Assembly (NCBI GenBank): GCA_003142255.1
Contig: PLLO01000011.1
Coordinates: 612,134-676,133, forward strand
Direction: 5' to 3'
From: Bacteroidales bacterium
GTDB taxonomy: Bacteria > Bacteroidota > Bacteroidia > Bacteroidales > VadinHA17
DNA length: 64,000 nt
The position numbers were made by a program, and so were the translations under genes. The notes beneath the pieces are model-generated. The model made no database searches, was not told the DNA's origin, and saw nothing but the letters and a program-made list of their open reading frames with translations. Positions 41,182 to 50,960 of the stretch are shown here, one piece after another; position 1 is the stretch's first letter, and each line of letters begins with the position of its first letter.

Positions 41182-41547
41182 TTATACAATTTTTGCAAGG
41201 TTTTCTCTAACCCTGAATTTAATGATTTTTTTAATCAGAATCAGAGGCAATGGTTTATTATACGGGAATTGAACCGTTCCCTTTGAAGTCTGATACGGTT
41301 CCAATTCGCTTTTAAAAGCTTCAATTGCCGATTTGAAAGGGTAGAAGCCCAGGTGACTGGTATGAGCAGCAAAATAAACCAGCATGCCTTTATAGGTGAA
41401 TGATGGCATTCGGTAGCTGATCTTCTCCTGCGCTTCCGGAGCTGCCTGCCGGATAGCTCCTCTGATCTTCTCGAGTATAATGCGGATATTCTCAGGGTAA
41501 CCTGCAATATACTCATCAATATTCCCGGGAATCTTCCCTTTGTCCAT
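41182..41547 (-). CDS. DUF1801 (YdhG-like) domain protein
   Basis: The track ORF (to 41607) begins with TTG. The in-frame ATG at 41547 (MDKGKIPGNIDEYIAGYP) gives the usual ~120-aa DUF1801 size. IDEYIA...SYRMPSF...GTVQFP motifs are present. Confidence 0.7.
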   Translation of the reverse strand: MDKGKIPGNIDEYIAGYPENIRIILEKIRGAIRQAAPEAQEKISYRMPSFTYKGMLVYFAAHTSHLGFYPFKSAIEAFKSELEPYQTSKGTVQFPYNKPLPLILIKKIIKFRVRENLAKIV

Positions 41548-41785
41548 AATGCTATTCAATAAAGAAACTGTTTTTATTACTTTAATTATTTCATCGGTAA
41601 TGGCCAAAGCATTATCAATTACTTAAACAAGTACAAGTGTCGTAAGTTCAGAAAAATTTTGTTTTTCACCAGTTATTCATGCTTCGAAAAGTGTAATATA
41701 AAATTATAATTTAATGCTCATTAAAAGTTAAATCCGGGTTTTGGGTGTCAAAAATTGTTTATTTTCACATTAAATATCTGATAAG

Positions 41786-42913
41786 ATGAAAATTATTGCC
41801 GATGATAAGATACCGTTTTTAAAAGGAGTTCTTGAGCCTTATGCTGAGGTTGTGTACCTGCCTGGTAATGAGATCAGCAGGAAAGATATCCTGGATGCCG
41901 ACGCCCTTCTTATACGGACAAGAACAAAGTGCACTGAGTCTCTTCTGAAGGATACGGGAGTCCGTTTTATAGGAACGGCAACAATAGGTTTTGATCACAT
42001 CGACACACAGTACTGCGAGAAAAACAAAATAGTGTGGACCAATTCTCCCGGGTGTAATTCAGCATCTGTGCAGCAGTATATGGCTGCTGCGATACTTAAA
42101 CTGGCGTCTGAATTCCGTTTTAACCTTGCTGGTAAGACATTGGGTATCGTAGGTGTGGGAAATGTGGGGTCAAAAGTCGAGAAGCTGGCAAAACTTTTAG
42201 GTATGAATGTATTGCTTAATGATCCACCGAGAGCCAGAAAAGAGGGTGATAAGAATTTTGTGTCGCTCGGTGAAATATTATACAATTCAGATATTGTGAC
42301 ACTTCATGTCCCCCTTAACGTGGTCGGCGAAGACTGTACTTATCATCTATTTGATGAGAAGACATTCAAGAAGATGAAAAAGGGAACCTGGTTTATAAAT
42401 GCATCCAGGGGGGAAGTGGTTGTGACGCAGTGTCTTAAAAAGGTACTTGATTCCGGAAAGTTTTGCGGAGTCATTTTAGATGTATGGGAACATGAACCGG
42501 ATATAGATATCGACCTGATGGCGAAGACATTTCTTTCCACTCCTCATATTGCAGGCTATTCTACAGATGGAAAGGCAAAAGGGACTTCAATGATTGTCAA
42601 TACGTTATGCCGGCATTTTGATCTGCCCCTGAAAGATTGGTACCCTCAGAATGTACCGGAACCTGAAAATCCCGAAATTCATATTGACGGAAAAGGTAAA
42701 ACCGATGAGGCTGTCATAATGGAAGCTGTCCTGCATACTTATAATATAGATGAAGACAATATTAATCTCAGATTCTCGCCGTCTGATTTTGAAATGCAGA
42801 GAGGTAATTACAGGGTGCGGCGCGAATTCCCGGCATTCAATGTCAGCCTCACTCATGGCTCAAAACAGGCGAAAAAGGTTCTGAAAGAACTGGGGTTCAG
42901 AATTGAACAGTAA
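41786..42913 (+). CDS. pdxB: 4-phosphoerythronate dehydrogenase
   Basis: 375-aa ORF. D-2-hydroxyacid dehydrogenase core (GIVGVGNVGSKV, HVPL, ASRG, TPHIAGYS) plus the PdxB-specific C-terminal dimerisation domain and length. Confidence 0.85.
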   Translation: MKIIADDKIPFLKGVLEPYAEVVYLPGNEISRKDILDADALLIRTRTKCTESLLKDTGVRFIGTATIGFDHIDTQYCEKNKIVWTNSPGCNSASVQQYMAAAILKLASEFRFNLAGKTLGIVGVGNVGSKVEKLAKLLGMNVLLNDPPRARKEGDKNFVSLGEILYNSDIVTLHVPLNVVGEDCTYHLFDEKTFKKMKKGTWFINASRGEVVVTQCLKKVLDSGKFCGVILDVWEHEPDIDIDLMAKTFLSTPHIAGYSTDGKAKGTSMIVNTLCRHFDLPLKDWYPQNVPEPENPEIHIDGKGKTDEAVIMEAVLHTYNIDEDNINLRFSPSDFEMQRGNYRVRREFPAFNVSLTHGSKQAKKVLKELGFRIEQ

Positions 42914-42921
42914 TAAGTAGT

Positions 42922-43854
42922 GTGAAAAAACAGAAGATGAAGGAAGGCAGAAGAGGTTTTGCAAAGAAAATTATTGCGGCTGGTATTGGAGCAAGTGTAT
43001 TGCCGTTAATGGCTGGTACTAACCGGAATGATCCCGGTACGGTGCCTGAATCAAATCCGCATAATCTGAAATTAAGTCTGAACGCATATTCTTTCGATAA
43101 GCCATTGCGGGCAGGGACGATGACAATTGACGATCTCCTTGATTTCTGTGCGAAAACAGGGTTCGACGGAGCCGACCTCACAGGATATTATTTTCCCGGT
43201 TACCCTGAAGTTCCTTCTGATGAGTACATTTTTCATGTTAAGCAGAAAGCTTTCAGGCTTGGTATTGAACTTGGCTGCACCGGCGTCAGGAACGACTTTA
43301 CCTGGCATGATCCGGCAAAGAGAGAGTCTGAGAAAAAACTAATCAAAGAATGGATTGTTGCAGCTCAGAAGATGGGAGCTCCGGGACTCAGGGTTTTTGC
43401 AGGGACACTTTCAAAGGAGAATTTTTCATGGGAAGAAAGAGCAAAATGGATTGCCAGCGATATCAGGGAATGTGCAGAATTCGGAAAACAGCATGGCGTA
43501 ATGCTTGCCCTGCAGAACCATAATGATTTTCTTAAAAATTCCGCCCAGGTCGAAACGCTTTTAAACCTTATTGACTCCGATTGGGTTGGACTGATGCTTG
43601 ATATTGGAAGCTACCATACAGATGATCCATATCTCGATATAGCTGCAAATTCAAAATATGCCATCACCTGGCAGATGAAGGAAAAAGTTTTCATCAGGGA
43701 TAACCAGGTTGAAACTGATTTTATAAAGATCAGGGATATTGCAATCAGATGCGGTTACAGGGGGTACTTGCCCCTTGAGACTCTTGGCGAGGGTGATCCT
43801 TACCAGAAAGTATCGGAATTGTTCAAAAAAGTCAGCTCAGTTTTGAATAGCTGA
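42922..43854 (+). CDS. Xylose-isomerase-like TIM-barrel sugar-phosphate isomerase/epimerase with Tat-type signal
   Basis: 310-aa ORF with a GTG start and an alternative ATG 5 codons in. GRRGFAKKIIAAGIGASVLPL is Tat-like, and the body is AP-endonuclease-2/TIM-barrel-like (LALQNHNDF). Confidence 0.75.
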   Translation: MKKQKMKEGRRGFAKKIIAAGIGASVLPLMAGTNRNDPGTVPESNPHNLKLSLNAYSFDKPLRAGTMTIDDLLDFCAKTGFDGADLTGYYFPGYPEVPSDEYIFHVKQKAFRLGIELGCTGVRNDFTWHDPAKRESEKKLIKEWIVAAQKMGAPGLRVFAGTLSKENFSWEERAKWIASDIRECAEFGKQHGVMLALQNHNDFLKNSAQVETLLNLIDSDWVGLMLDIGSYHTDDPYLDIAANSKYAITWQMKEKVFIRDNQVETDFIKIRDIAIRCGYRGYLPLETLGEGDPYQKVSELFKKVSSVLNS

Positions 43855-43891
43855 TCTGAATTCCAGCATAATATTCCCTGAATCAGATCAG
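43851..43891. terminator. Inverted repeat spanning both convergent stop codons (possible bidirectional terminator)
   Basis: ctgatctga...(23 nt)...tcagatcag, a 9-bp stem. It overlaps the TGA of the + gene and the TGA of the - gene. No U-tract. Confidence 0.3.
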
Positions 43892-46800
43892 GCTGTTACC
43901 ATTTCTTTTGACATGGCAAATTCCCTGACCTGGAAAACAAAGGCCTGAAGCCTTGTATCGAGGGAAACTGAATCCTGTCCGTCATAAGCTATATTAATGA
44001 ACGGGATGTTGTTATGGTCTTTCCTGAAAGAGTCACTGACAGATAATATAAGCGTTCCGGGCATGCATGTAAAGGGCAGGATAGCTGCCAGTCCGGAAAT
44101 ACCTCTTTCTGAAAGTGCCACGGATGTCCCCATTGCGATGGGCGGATCACCATCATAGAATTCATTCACATAAGTGTTGCAAAGGTTTAGCATATCATGC
44201 AGGGAAACATCCTTGTGATGATCTGTGAATTTTTTTATTCCCTTTAAAAGAGAACTTGCAATTACATCCTGACCCACACCCTGTATTTTGGATTTTATGA
44301 TACCTTTTATATCGTTTTTCCAGATGCTGTCCCTGGTAAAGCGGTAGGTTGAATAGTAGATCCATTCTGCAAACGGGCCAATTACCACTTCAACGCCAAG
44401 ATCTTCAAGCCTGTTAGCAATGTCGCCATTGCATCCGGCATTATCACGCATGAATATTTCTCCAATGATTGCAACCACCGGTTTTTTTTCGCTTTTATCA
44501 ACTTTGATTGCCATGAAATCTGCAGCAATGCCGGCAAGAACCTTATGTAATCCGGCGGCACCTTTTTCTATGCATCTCTCAAGGCGTTTAATTGCATCCT
44601 GGTAAAGTATGTCTGATTCACCCTTATTAATTTCATAGGGTCTTGTCTCTCTGTATATCTTCCTGATATAATCGGCAACAATAAATCCCTTCCAGGCGTT
44701 GATCCTGAATTTCTGGCCATGTTCACCTGCGATATCCTCATACGAAGTATCGTTCGAAGGGGTAATCAGCTCTGCTTTTTCATAGCCAAGGCGGTCGAAG
44801 AGAATCCTGTGAAACTGGTTATACTGTCCGAACCGGCATGGGCCGTTATGGTCAGGCATGAAAAAACTCATCTTTGAAGGATCTGCACCCGGCTCCTGTA
44901 ATTTTTTAATAAAACTCCCGGTGACGCAGATCATGGGGAAGCACTCTTTTGATGAAGTGTATTTCCTCCCTATTGCCAACTCTTCCTCTGTCTGTTGCGG
45001 GAGTACTTCCGAAGGTACGCCGATGCTTCTCGCTGCAGCAGCGAGCATATATGCCCCATCGTTCATGTATGGGAAATACAACACCCTGTCTTTGGGAGGA
45101 GATGCAGGACTGGGCCTTGGCCTGAATATCTTCATATCCTTCTTTTCATTCATTTCCGAACCCTTCAGACTGTCAAGAAATGCTTCAATACGCGTAACCA
45201 TACCTGCATCTGCAGAGTGTTCATCGACCTCAATATGCAGGAATGGCTTTCCTTTAAGTTCCTCAGTAACGTAATGCCAGATAAAGGAGTCTGGGCCGCA
45301 GCGGAAATTGCTCAGGTATACGGCATATAATCCATCTGTCTTTGCAACATGCTGCGCTGCTGCAATTATCTTTTGGCCATTGGGCCAGTACATATTCCTG
45401 TAATTAGCAAAAATATTATAGGGTGAAAGATCAAGCATATCAATGGGAATTGGCATAACATTCTGGCTGATAAGCTTTTCAACAATTCCCAGGTTCAATT
45501 GTGAATCGGCGCAGTTATATGGTTTGCCAAGAAGAACTACCGGCCTGCATTTATCTGGAAGATTATCCAGTACTCCTCTGCCATACTCGATTAGGCTCTT
45601 TTCAAAATCAACCTGTACTTTGTCGGCCGTATATATTGCCTTCCTGATTTCTACCTTGCTGATCCCGAACTTCTGGTTGAAAAATGCTGTCATCTCTTTT
45701 ACGAGTGCGCGCTCAAAAAACCTGAAATGAAGTGTCGGTATAAGAAGTTTTGACTCATCTATCTTGCCTTTCAGAGCTGCTTTTACCATGAATGGATAGG
45801 TTTGTACCCATGGACAGTTGCAGTTTAATGTCTTGTTCCCTTCTTTGAACTTGGCATTGACGATAAAGGGAAGGAAGATATAGTCAACATTCTTCTCCAT
45901 CAGGTCAAGGACATGACCATGCATTATCTCAACCGGAAGGCATGTTTCTGTTGTAATTATTTCTATTGAACGTGTCAGAAGCGATTTATCAGATTCTTCC
46001 GATAATACCACGGTGAATCCAATCTGCTCGAAGAATGTTCTCCAGAACGGGAACTGCTGGTAGAATACCATAAGTGCACGGGGGATCCCCACCGTTGGTT
46101 TCTTTAATATTTTCGGTTCCTCATAGCCTTCCATCAGCATTTCAATTCTTTTCTCAAAGAGATTAGGAATGTTGCTGACAGCTTTTTTACGGCCGTCCGT
46201 CTCGTATTTTTCGCACCTGCCGCCATAGTAAAGCGACTTCTTTTCTCCTGCAATCTTTACCCGACTTATTTCGCAATGATTTGTGCACGCCTGACATACA
46301 AACCTGCTGTTAGCATAAGTCACATTCCTGATTCCAAAACCTTTAAATGTACTTTTCTGGCCTTTGGTCATCGATCTTTGGGCTAGGATGGCAGCGCCAA
46401 TAGCTCCGGTGACATCAAAATGAGGAGGAATAATGATTTTTTTACCCAGCACCTGCTCAAAAGCTGCAACTACTGCTTTATTATTTGTGACACCTCCCTG
46501 GAAGAATATTTTATCGCCAACCCTCCGGTCAGCTACCACCTTCTGCAGATAATTGTAAACGATGGAGTAGGCGAGACCCCCGACAAGATTCTCATTGCGC
46601 GCTCCTTTCTGCATGAAAGAATTAAGATCCGATTCCATGAAAACGGTACACCTGTCGCCCAGTTTAACGGGGCATTCCGAATTGAGCGCCATGCAACCGA
46701 ACTCTTCAACAATATTGATATTCAGCTTCTCAGCCTGTTCCTCTAGAAATGATCCTGTGCCGGCGGCACATACTTTATTCATTTCAAAATCGACTACAAC

Positions 46801-48144
46801 GCCGTTTTCAATGCTAATATACTTGGAATCCTGGCCGCCGATCTCGAAAATGGTATCCACAGTGCGATCGTAATCGATAGCTGCCGTGGCCTGGGCTGTT
46901 ATCTCATTCTGAATTGTATCGGCGCCGATAAAGTCGCCCGTCAGGTAGCGTCCTGAGCCTGTTGTACCGGCACCGATGACTTCTACTTCTTCACCGACTT
47001 CATCATAAATTTCAGTAATACCTTTCTGAATTGCCTCGAGAGGTTTTCCGGCCGTTGGCAGGTAGCGCCTTGCTATAACATTATGCTGCTCATCAATAAG
47101 AACGACATTGGTGCTCAATGAGCCAACATCGACTCCAAGATAGACAGGCAGCTTTTCACTGCCCGATTTCCTGAATTTCACCTCCTTATCATACTTTGCA
47201 CCGGATTCCTGAAGCTGGGGCAGGCTGCCAAATGATGATGATGTATCGGCAAGGTATTTCTCGAGATCTTCAAGACCTTTGAAATGATCCATCTGGAGCT
47301 TGCCGGAATGAGCATACATTACGGCACCTATGGCACCCATGGAAGCATGATATTTTGGTATGATAAGCTCATTGTCCTTAAGGCCGAGAACTTCCCTGAA
47401 TGCCCTTACCATACCAATATTTGCAGCTACTCCACCCGAGAAAATTACGGGTTTCCTTATCTCTTTGCTTCGGGCGACGTTGCTCCGGAAATTTCTTGCA
47501 AGGGCGAAACAAAGACCTGCAACTATATCGTGCAAAGGTGTTGCAATCTGCTGGTGATGGATCATATCGCTCTTGGCAAATACGCTGCAACGGCCTGCAA
47601 TCCTGGGCGGATCGACAGATTTAAGGGACATTTCTCCGAACTCTTTTTCAATAGGCACTCCGATCCTGCGTGCCTGCTGATCAAGAAACGAACCGGTACC
47701 TGCAGCGCAGATACTGTTCATCTCAAAGTCAACAAGCCGTGAGTATTCGTCAGACGGATCTTTTTCAAGAAGAATCAGCTTGGAATCCTCACCGCCGATC
47801 TCAATGACGGTTCTTGCTTCGGGGTATAACCTTCCGGTTGAAGTTGCCTGCGCAATTATCTCATTTACAAACACACCACCGATTAGTCCGGTTGCAAGCT
47901 TGCCACCTGTCCCTGTAACACAGATTCCCTTTATTATGTTTGAAGGGTATTTAAGCAGAATGCCGGAAAGCCTTTCTTTCAGTACATAGAATGGCCTTCC
48001 GTGCACATAATCATAATAATCCTCGAGGACATTATAATCTTCATCAAGAATTACTGTATTCAGAGATACAGACCCGATATCCAAACCAAGGTAGTAGCTT
48101 GTATTTTCGGTGCTGTCAGAAATATATTCATTACCCATACCCAA
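43888..48144 (-). CDS. Fusion of two BcrAD/BadFG/HgdC-type ATPase 'activase' modules with a 2-hydroxyacyl-CoA-dehydratase-like (DUF2229-type) C-terminal region
   Basis: 1418-aa ORF. Module 1 (~aa 18-280) has LGLDIGS, CAAGTGSFLDQ (Cys146) and RCSVFAKSD (Cys186). Module 2 (~aa 334-590) has LGVDVGS, CAAGTGSFLEE (Cys459) and RCTVFMESD (Cys499). CQACTNHC...C follows at aa 617-644, then ~770 aa of dehydratase-component-like sequence. Confidence 0.8.
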   Translation of the reverse strand: MGMGNEYISDSTENTSYYLGLDIGSVSLNTVILDEDYNVLEDYYDYVHGRPFYVLKERLSGILLKYPSNIIKGICVTGTGGKLATGLIGGVFVNEIIAQATSTGRLYPEARTVIEIGGEDSKLILLEKDPSDEYSRLVDFEMNSICAAGTGSFLDQQARRIGVPIEKEFGEMSLKSVDPPRIAGRCSVFAKSDMIHHQQIATPLHDIVAGLCFALARNFRSNVARSKEIRKPVIFSGGVAANIGMVRAFREVLGLKDNELIIPKYHASMGAIGAVMYAHSGKLQMDHFKGLEDLEKYLADTSSSFGSLPQLQESGAKYDKEVKFRKSGSEKLPVYLGVDVGSLSTNVVLIDEQHNVIARRYLPTAGKPLEAIQKGITEIYDEVGEEVEVIGAGTTGSGRYLTGDFIGADTIQNEITAQATAAIDYDRTVDTIFEIGGQDSKYISIENGVVVDFEMNKVCAAGTGSFLEEQAEKLNINIVEEFGCMALNSECPVKLGDRCTVFMESDLNSFMQKGARNENLVGGLAYSIVYNYLQKVVADRRVGDKIFFQGGVTNNKAVVAAFEQVLGKKIIIPPHFDVTGAIGAAILAQRSMTKGQKSTFKGFGIRNVTYANSRFVCQACTNHCEISRVKIAGEKKSLYYGGRCEKYETDGRKKAVSNIPNLFEKRIEMLMEGYEEPKILKKPTVGIPRALMVFYQQFPFWRTFFEQIGFTVVLSEESDKSLLTRSIEIITTETCLPVEIMHGHVLDLMEKNVDYIFLPFIVNAKFKEGNKTLNCNCPWVQTYPFMVKAALKGKIDESKLLIPTLHFRFFERALVKEMTAFFNQKFGISKVEIRKAIYTADKVQVDFEKSLIEYGRGVLDNLPDKCRPVVLLGKPYNCADSQLNLGIVEKLISQNVMPIPIDMLDLSPYNIFANYRNMYWPNGQKIIAAAQHVAKTDGLYAVYLSNFRCGPDSFIWHYVTEELKGKPFLHIEVDEHSADAGMVTRIEAFLDSLKGSEMNEKKDMKIFRPRPSPASPPKDRVLYFPYMNDGAYMLAAAARSIGVPSEVLPQQTEEELAIGRKYTSSKECFPMICVTGSFIKKLQEPGADPSKMSFFMPDHNGPCRFGQYNQFHRILFDRLGYEKAELITPSNDTSYEDIAGEHGQKFRINAWKGFIVADYIRKIYRETRPYEINKGESDILYQDAIKRLERCIEKGAAGLHKVLAGIAADFMAIKVDKSEKKPVVAIIGEIFMRDNAGCNGDIANRLEDLGVEVVIGPFAEWIYYSTYRFTRDSIWKNDIKGIIKSKIQGVGQDVIASSLLKGIKKFTDHHKDVSLHDMLNLCNTYVNEFYDGDPPIAMGTSVALSERGISGLAAILPFTCMPGTLILSVSDSFRKDHNNIPFINIAYDGQDSVSLDTRLQAFVFQVREFAMSKEMVTA

Positions 48145-48225
48145 ATTATTGATAAAAAATACTTTCTACCCCGGCACGCTATGATGCCAAGATAAAAAAA
48201 AATATTATACTGCCAAGGGAAAGTG

Positions 48226-49074
48226 CTATTTTTCATCAGGGTCTATAACCCCTGAATCGCGTGAAAGCGAATCTGGTACGGCAATCTTAAGATGCAGTTT
48301 TACAAGCTTCTCCATTGCATCCCTTGAATTCTGAATAATCTGAACAGCATCCTCATATGCGTCGCTGTAAGATGTGCCTTCAGACATGAGCTTTCGCTCA
48401 TTCATTTCAAGCGCGATTGAATACTCTGTCTCCTCACACGAAACCTGGCCATCGATCCATATCTCTTTTGGTGGGATGAAGTGGTATGCAAGATCATTCC
48501 CGCTGAAGCCAAAATCAGGATAAATGTTTTTCCGGATAAGGTAACCGTCTACGACCCAGATAGTAATACTATCCCTTATTCCTTCCGGAATGCGATAAAT
48601 ATTCTGAAGGTAAATGCTGTCAGGAATATTCCTGATCTCCTTTATATTATATGAGTCAAGGACTGATACTTTTTTAAGTGAAGCCTCATGTGCACTGCAT
48701 ATCTCCTGATTTCTTCGCCTTATTACCTGTTCGAGCATTAGCGATGAATCGTGCGCGGTCTGGTAAGTCCAGCCAAATTTAGCCATCAGGTGCCTCTCAT
48801 TCAGCTCATGTGCCACAGTCAGATCATATTCTTCACAGGAGATCGCATTATCGATCCATATCTCACCCTTTGGGTTAAATATATATCGCTGTTCGTTGCC
48901 TCCATAGAGAAATTCCTTGTAAATCTTTTCCCTTACCCGGTTCCCGTCTATTATCCAGATATCAAAATTTTCATTTTTACCCATGTAATACCTGTAAACT
49001 CCGTCGACCTTCCTTTTCTGGGTACAGCTCAAAACCAGCATGGCAATGATTAAAATTGGTATTATTCTTTTCAT
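48226..49074 (-). CDS. Lipoprotein of unknown function built from two tandem homologous ~95-aa domains
   Basis: 282-aa ORF with lipobox LVLSC. Repeat A: IWIIDGNRVREKIY...PKGEIWIDNAISCEEYDLTVAHELNERHLM. Repeat B: IWVVDGYLIRKNIY...PPKEIWIDGQVSCEETEYSIALEMNERKLM. Confidence 0.7.
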   Translation of the reverse strand: MKRIIPILIIAMLVLSCTQKRKVDGVYRYYMGKNENFDIWIIDGNRVREKIYKEFLYGGNEQRYIFNPKGEIWIDNAISCEEYDLTVAHELNERHLMAKFGWTYQTAHDSSLMLEQVIRRRNQEICSAHEASLKKVSVLDSYNIKEIRNIPDSIYLQNIYRIPEGIRDSITIWVVDGYLIRKNIYPDFGFSGNDLAYHFIPPKEIWIDGQVSCEETEYSIALEMNERKLMSEGTSYSDAYEDAVQIIQNSRDAMEKLVKLHLKIAVPDSLSRDSGVIDPDEK

Positions 49075-49238
49075 AAATTAAAGACCTTTGGGTTACTAAC
49101 ATATGACCAAAACAGATCAAACTATTACGCAATTTAAGCTAAATTTTCTTACTTCCTGCATTGTTAAAATCAGTATGTTCTTCCGGAATCATGGATTCTT
49201 TTCCTAATTTCGAGTCTGCTAAATTCAAATAAGAATAT

Positions 49239-50132
49239 ATGACTCTTCAACAGATTCTTTCAAAATACAGGTATTCTATCGGGATGCTTCTTTGTTTTGT
49301 CCTGATTGAGAACATAGCCTGGATAATAGAACCTACTTTTTTTGGTAAGCTTCTGGATGCCCTTATTGAACATTTTTACGACCATGAGAAAGCAGATTAC
49401 ATGTTTCCCCTTATAATATGGATAATTATATACCTCATAAATGTCGTTGGAGGAGCTCTTCACAGGTTCTTCACTGGTAGTGTATACTCTAAGATGTACG
49501 CTGATGTTGCCACCAAGGTTATTGAAGAGTCTGAATCAAAAGGTGACCCGTATTCAAAGATGCTGGTAAGAGCTGAGCTTGTTAAGGAATATATTGCATT
49601 TTTCAAGGACAGGTTACCTGAGATGTTATGGCAGTTATCGGCATCAGTAGGAGCAATAATCGCACTTTTCTTTTACGATTACAGGATAGCTCTGGTTTGT
49701 CTTGCAGTAATAATGCCTGTAGCCTACGTTAATAATAATACCAGGAAACATATTGCCACACTACAGAAAGATATTCATGACAACCAGGAGGAACTCTACA
49801 AGCTGATAGAAAACCGTGACACCTCCCGGATACACCAGTTCTTCAACAATATGATCCATCCCAGGACGAGAATAGCTAAATGGAATGCCTTCAGCTATTC
49901 GATTGTCAAAGTCCTGCTGGTTATTATTTTTATAGTAGTCCTCTTTATTTGTGTGGATGTCGATAATTTCACGACAGGTAAAATTTACGCCATTGTTGCA
50001 TACCTCTGGACCTTCATTGGACAGACCGATTATCTGCCTGATCTTATGGAGAGTCTTGGTTCAATAAAAGACCTTAATACAAGGTTTACCTCTGACAGCC
50101 TTAGAAAGAATATTGAGCCGGCTGTCAGTTGA
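49239..50132 (+). CDS. ABC-exporter-type transmembrane domain protein without a nucleotide-binding domain
   Basis: 297-aa ORF of about 5-6 TM helices. Long intracellular-loop-like segments resemble the type-I ABC exporter membrane domain. No Walker A/B or signature motif, and none in the neighbouring genes. Confidence 0.6.
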   Translation: MTLQQILSKYRYSIGMLLCFVLIENIAWIIEPTFFGKLLDALIEHFYDHEKADYMFPLIIWIIIYLINVVGGALHRFFTGSVYSKMYADVATKVIEESESKGDPYSKMLVRAELVKEYIAFFKDRLPEMLWQLSASVGAIIALFFYDYRIALVCLAVIMPVAYVNNNTRKHIATLQKDIHDNQEELYKLIENRDTSRIHQFFNNMIHPRTRIAKWNAFSYSIVKVLLVIIFIVVLFICVDVDNFTTGKIYAIVAYLWTFIGQTDYLPDLMESLGSIKDLNTRFTSDSLRKNIEPAVS

Positions 50133-50136
50133 AATT

Positions 50137-50163
50137 ATCTGTTCATTAAAACAGATTCTTTTT
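50137..50163 (+). terminator. Weak Rho-independent terminator after the ABC-TMD gene
   Basis: atctgtt-cattaa-aacagat followed by tcttttt. Short AT-rich stem. Confidence 0.4.
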
Positions 50164-50211
50164 ACACTTTAGTGGCTAAATTTTTGTGCCCTTCTATCGT
50201 TGTACCTATTC

Positions 50212-50910
50212 TTACACCCATTCTTCCTTAAGGATATTCCCTGATATTCCCACAATCATCTGTTTTACAGGTACTTTTCTTACGGATTTTAACAACGCCG
50301 CCCTGACCATCTGCAATAATCCGCCACAACATGGAACTTCCATCATCATTACTGTTATTGTATTGATCTTTGCAGTATCTATCATAGCAGTAAGCTTCTC
50401 CACGTAAATATCAGCTCCGTGATCGAGTTTGGGACATGCTATTGCCAGTGACTTCCCTTTAAGATACCTGCAGTGAAAGTTACCCATGGAAAATGCCACG
50501 CAATCGGCAGCAAGGAGCAGATCGGCCTCCCTGAAGTAGGGGGCATTCGGATTAACCAGGTGCATCTGTACAGGCCACTGTCTCAGTTCAGAAGGCTGAT
50601 CTGAAGGTGATATGTTGTTAACGTTATTACCTGGATTCCCAATCACCATTGTCCTTGAGCCCGGGCATCCGCCACCGGTCATCTGCTCCATGACTTTAAG
50701 TTCATTATAAGGCTCTGCTTCCCTTGTTTCAATTGTAATGGCACCCTCAGGGCAGTGCCCGATGCAAGCCCCAAGGCCGTCGCACATCAGCTCGCTGACC
50801 AGCCTTACTTTACCGTCGATAACCTGTAAAGCACCCTCATGGCAGTTAGGGACACACTGGCCGCAACCATTGCACAAATCTTCATCGATTTTTAATATAT
50901 CTCTTTTCAT
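50212..50910 (-). CDS. 4Fe-4S dicluster-domain protein with Cys-rich C-terminal domain
   Basis: The ATG at 50910 (MKRDILKIDEDLC...) is preferred over the track start at 50973. Ferredoxin motifs CNGCGQCVPNC and CDGLGACIGHCP. C-terminal CPKLD...VPCCGG. Confidence 0.8.
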   Translation of the reverse strand: MKRDILKIDEDLCNGCGQCVPNCHEGALQVIDGKVRLVSELMCDGLGACIGHCPEGAITIETREAEPYNELKVMEQMTGGGCPGSRTMVIGNPGNNVNNISPSDQPSELRQWPVQMHLVNPNAPYFREADLLLAADCVAFSMGNFHCRYLKGKSLAIACPKLDHGADIYVEKLTAMIDTAKINTITVMMMEVPCCGGLLQMVRAALLKSVRKVPVKQMIVGISGNILKEEWV

Positions 50911-50960
50911 CTGCCTGATTTTAATATTAACTACAACAAAGATGAGAAATGCCCTGAGTA

